Part shown: one piece after another, positions 55,705 to 57,437 of the stretch
Position numbering within the stretch: the stretch's first letter is position 1
Layout: each line of letters starts with the position of its first letter
Assembly (NCBI GenBank): GCA_964494945.1
Contig: CAZBTX010000005.1
Location: 1 to 57,437, forward strand
From: an uncultured Candidatus Saccharibacteria bacterium
GTDB lineage: Bacteria; Patescibacteriota; Minisyncoccia; Sungbacterales; JACQCQ01
DNA length: 57,437 nucleotides
Direction: 5' to 3'
Made by a program: the position numbers and the translations under genes
The notes under the pieces: generated by a model
The model's input: only the letters and a program-made list of their open reading frames with translations
Told to the model about the DNA's origin: nothing
Database searches by the model: none

Positions 55705-57141
55705 ATGGCAAGTATTTCACCAAAAAATAATTCTGGCTCACTCAATAATTCGCGGCGTGTTAGCGATATCCGCGTACGAAAGTCGCCCAGCGAATCGCGG
55801 AGTTTGCCGATTTCACGTCCGTCTCACACTAAAGAACCCTTGGCGGAGGAAAGTTTGGATAGAGTCAAGGAAACCGCGAATGACGCCAACATAAAAGATT
55901 TTTTCGCTCCCAGGGCGCCCGCCGAAACAAAATCATTCAAATCGGCTGATCAACTCAAAATTCGGGCCTGGCGTCCCCAAAGTCGCGTCAAATCAAAGAT
56001 ATTTATCTGGGGTGGAGGAATTCTCGGGGGTCTTATAGGTATTGCGGTTATACTTTCAACAGTTTTCGCGAGGGCCATTATCATTATTCGTCCGGGAACG
56101 GCCACTTTTGCCATCCCCGCAACCGTCCTTCGGGTAACACCCGATGCCCGCGCTATTGATCTCGCGCGCGGCATTATACCGGGGGAACTTATAGAATTTT
56201 CGGAAACGGGCCAGTTGGGTGCCGCCACGGCCACCGGAAAAAAATTCATAAAGGAAAATGCCAGGGGCAAGATAATAATCTCTAACGCCTACAGTTCCCA
56301 GCCGCAAGTGCTGGTGACGGGAACACGCTTTGAAGGTCTGGAGGGAAAAATATTTAAACTGGAAAAGGGTCTTACGGTACCGGGGGCTAAGGTAAATAAC
56401 GGAGAAATTGTGCCTAATGTCATTGAAGCGACCGTAATTGCCGCCGAGCCGGGAGCCGAATACAATATCGGCCCCACAAACTTTAAGCTCCCAGGATTCA
56501 AAGGAACTCCTAAATATCAGGCCTTCACAGCCAAGTCAGAAGCGGATTTCCAGGGCGGTTTTAACGGTGAGGCGGCTGTCGCCACCGAATCGGATATCGC
56601 CAAAGCCAGCGAGCGCGTAACATCCGAGCTTTATAATTTCCTTAAGAACGCCCTGCAGGCAAAAATTCCGGAAGGATTTTTGGTGATTGAGGGAGCGCGT
56701 GATATCGCGATAACCAGTGTCGTACCGCCGCCAGTGGGGACGCCCGGCGAGAAATTTTCCGTAACAGCCGCGGGCAGGGTCCGGGCTTTAGCGTTTCGAC
56801 CGGTTGACGAGGGGAACTTCATAGCGGCGTCATTTTCAACTTCCACGCCTTATACTCTGGTTCCCGAAAATAGCGTTATCAATCACTCTTCCATAAATTT
56901 TGATTTGAATAAGCGGCAACTATCCTTGACACTTTCGGGGAATGCCGCGCTCGGCGCCCGCGTAGATTACGATAAGCTAAAAAACGACCTAGCCGGAAAA
57001 TCCAAGGATGAGATAAAACAAAAACTGGATACTTCGCCGGGTATCAGTTCTTATGAGCTTAAATTCTTTCCGTTTTGGCTGACAGGTGCTCCGCGGGACC
57101 CCGAGGGAGTCAGGATAACCATTGAGCCCTTCACATTTTAG
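55705..57141 (+). CDS. Bitopic membrane protein with baseplate-J-like beta domain (CPR-typical, follows ftsA-like gene)
   Basis: Disordered N-terminus, TM helix, ATGKK..ARGKIIISN..GTRF..VIAAEPGAEYNIG. Confidence 0.65.
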   Translation: MASISPKNNSGSLNNSRRVSDIRVRKSPSESRSLPISRPSHTKEPLAEESLDRVKETANDANIKDFFAPRAPAETKSFKSADQLKIRAWRPQSRVKSKIFIWGGGILGGLIGIAVILSTVFARAIIIIRPGTATFAIPATVLRVTPDARAIDLARGIIPGELIEFSETGQLGAATATGKKFIKENARGKIIISNAYSSQPQVLVTGTRFEGLEGKIFKLEKGLTVPGAKVNNGEIVPNVIEATVIAAEPGAEYNIGPTNFKLPGFKGTPKYQAFTAKSEADFQGGFNGEAAVATESDIAKASERVTSELYNFLKNALQAKIPEGFLVIEGARDIAITSVVPPPVGTPGEKFSVTAAGRVRALAFRPVDEGNFIAASFSTSTPYTLVPENSVINHSSINFDLNKRQLSLTLSGNAALGARVDYDKLKNDLAGKSKDEIKQKLDTSPGISSYELKFFPFWLTGAPRDPEGVRITIEPFTF

Positions 57142-57150
57142 GCATCTTTG

Positions 57151-57437
57151 GTTGACCCCGTTAGAAGCAGGTCGCGATCAGATTAACTTTTTTCTATACA
57201 ACATCTTAAATGAAACATTGTTTGTATGCTGTTAAAGAAACTACCGCGATCGCGGCTTCTAACGGGGTTGACCCCGTTAGAGACCCGCATAGAATCATGT
57301 CTAATTCCATGACAAGCCGAAACAAAAAACCACCCTTGATCGTTGTTAACTTCCAGAAATGCGGAACGTCGCATTTCTTGTCTCTAACGGGGTTGACCCC
57401 GTTAGAGACCCGCATAGAATCATGTCTAATTCCATGA
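57151..57437. repeat. Head-to-tail array of GTTGACCCCGTTAGA...TCTAACGGG units
   Basis: Units start at 57151, 57267 and 57392; junctions form TCTAACGGGG-TTGA-CCCCGTTAGA; 57383-57437 duplicates 57258-57312. Confidence 0.92.

Noticed and set aside
57151-57437. CRISPR array
   Set aside because: Inserts of ~90-100 bp are far longer than spacers, the third insert repeats the second, the insert ends pair with each other, and no cas genes are nearby
1-57437. Alternative genetic code (TGA=Gly, as in Gracilibacteria/Absconditabacteria)
   Set aside because: Conserved genes are intact under code 11, and several (map, rnhA) end in TGA

Overview
Core-chromosome segment of a Patescibacteria/CPR (Parcubacteria-like) bacterium, inferred from the lack of rpmD between rpsE and rplO, a short AlaRS, DUF5667-type and PaaX-like orphans, and giant Ser/Thr-rich surface proteins. 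It carries the end of the spc operon (rplF-rplR-rpsE-rplO-secY), then adk, map, ruvX, a GT2, galT, tpiA, ndh, pgk, a PD-(D/E)XK nuclease with RNase HI, rnpB, a TPR membrane protein, murJ, a free-standing LAGLIDADG gene, lepA, an ftsB-like gene, miaA, thrS, dnaE, rnhB, tRNA-Ile, a DEAD-box helicase, a 13.5 kb surface-protein cluster (MerR-HTH-fused giant fibre, second giant protein, dockerin and cohesin proteins), mnmA, alaS and an ftsA-like gene. No CRISPR array, rRNA, integrase, transposase or reverse transcriptase was recognised. The most unusual signals are non-coding: (1) a family of ~110-125 bp elements bounded by CCCGTTAGA...TCTAACGGG inverted repeats with mostly unrelated interiors, found dispersed, duplicated inside the spc operon, and as a head-to-tail array at the window end; (2) a ~490 nt promoter-driven, highly structured unassigned RNA before alaS; (3) 7-nt-periodic repeat insertions, mostly hairpin-forming, inside map, lepA, mnmA and RNase P RNA; (4) an rnpB that lacks the CR-I/P4 5' strand; (5) a PaaX/Cas2-fold gene bracketed by copies of its own palindromic site; (6) a D-arm-less mini-tRNA with CCA. 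All assignments were made by eye without database searches.
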